64,000 nt of DNA from Bryobacterales bacterium (lineage in GTDB: Bacteria > Acidobacteriota > Terriglobia > Bryobacterales > Bryobacteraceae). The position numbers and the translations under genes were made by a program. Positions 63,903 to 64,000 of the stretch are shown piece by piece. The notes beneath the pieces were generated by a model that was not told where the DNA came from, ran no database searches, and worked only from the letters and a program-made list of their open reading frames with translations. Each line of letters starts with the position of its first letter. Position 1 is the stretch's first letter. The stretch is from assembly GCA_020854055.1 (NCBI GenBank), contig JADZGD010000011.1:17752-81751 (forward strand), read 5' to 3'.

Positions 63903-64000
63903 ATGATCAGAGCGCGCGATCTTTTGTCCCTGGCGGTACTCTCATTCTGTGTCGCCATTCCGGCGGCGGCAGAGCCCGCTTCCGCACACAAGGCCGCACC
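63903..64000 (+). CDS. possible 5' end of a secreted protein gene (runs off the window)
   Basis: My translation from the ATG at 63903 is MIRARDLLSLAVLSFCVAIPAAAEPASAHKAA, which looks like a signal peptide. It is too short to judge. Confidence 0.3.
   Translation, partial: MIRARDLLSLAVLSFCVAIPAAAEPASAHKAA

Noticed and set aside
1-64000. Mobile elements, prophage, defence islands, CRISPR arrays, toxin-antitoxin pairs
   Set aside because: I found no integrase, transposase, recombinase, phage structural, Cas, restriction-modification or typical TA-sized gene pairs on either strand. The tRNA gene is not flanked by direct repeats or island-like genes. The low-GC patches are short promoter-like spacers only.

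Overview
This is a 64 kb, high-GC, densely coding bacterial chromosome segment. I saw no integrase, transposase, phage, CRISPR or recognisable defence genes. The gene content suggests an Acidobacteriota-like genome: about 1200-aa TonB-dependent receptors with a carboxypeptidase-regulatory-like N-terminus, many Tat-signal Gfo/Idh/MocA oxidoreductases, and secreted glycoside hydrolases. That taxonomic call is inference only.

Main contents:
1. A glycan/uronate/rhamnose utilisation theme. It includes a GH35 beta-galactosidase, a GH78 alpha-L-rhamnosidase, RhaT, split UxaA, sulfatases, an SGNH esterase, a beta-helix protein and alpha/beta-hydrolase esterases.
2. A 15-gene, about 13 kb minus-strand block (33104 down to 20027). 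It starts with an ECF sigma / anti-sigma pair and runs through a complete type II secretion system, with almost every gene junction overlapping. Its secretin carries an unusual Gly/Met/Tyr low-complexity insert of about 85 residues.
3. A tRNA-Leu(UAA) gene interrupted in the anticodon loop by a 238-nt group I intron whose core looks like the cyanobacterial/plastid trnL type.
4. A diverged tandem duplication of about 4.1 kb. It produced two TonB-dependent receptor paralogs and a relic 5' fragment of the downstream lipoprotein gene.
5. Housekeeping genes tdh, folC and plsC, plus several hypothetical proteins.

Many long ORFs in the supplied track are antisense or read-through artefacts of high GC and are rejected below. 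All family assignments come from motif reading by eye. No searches were run.
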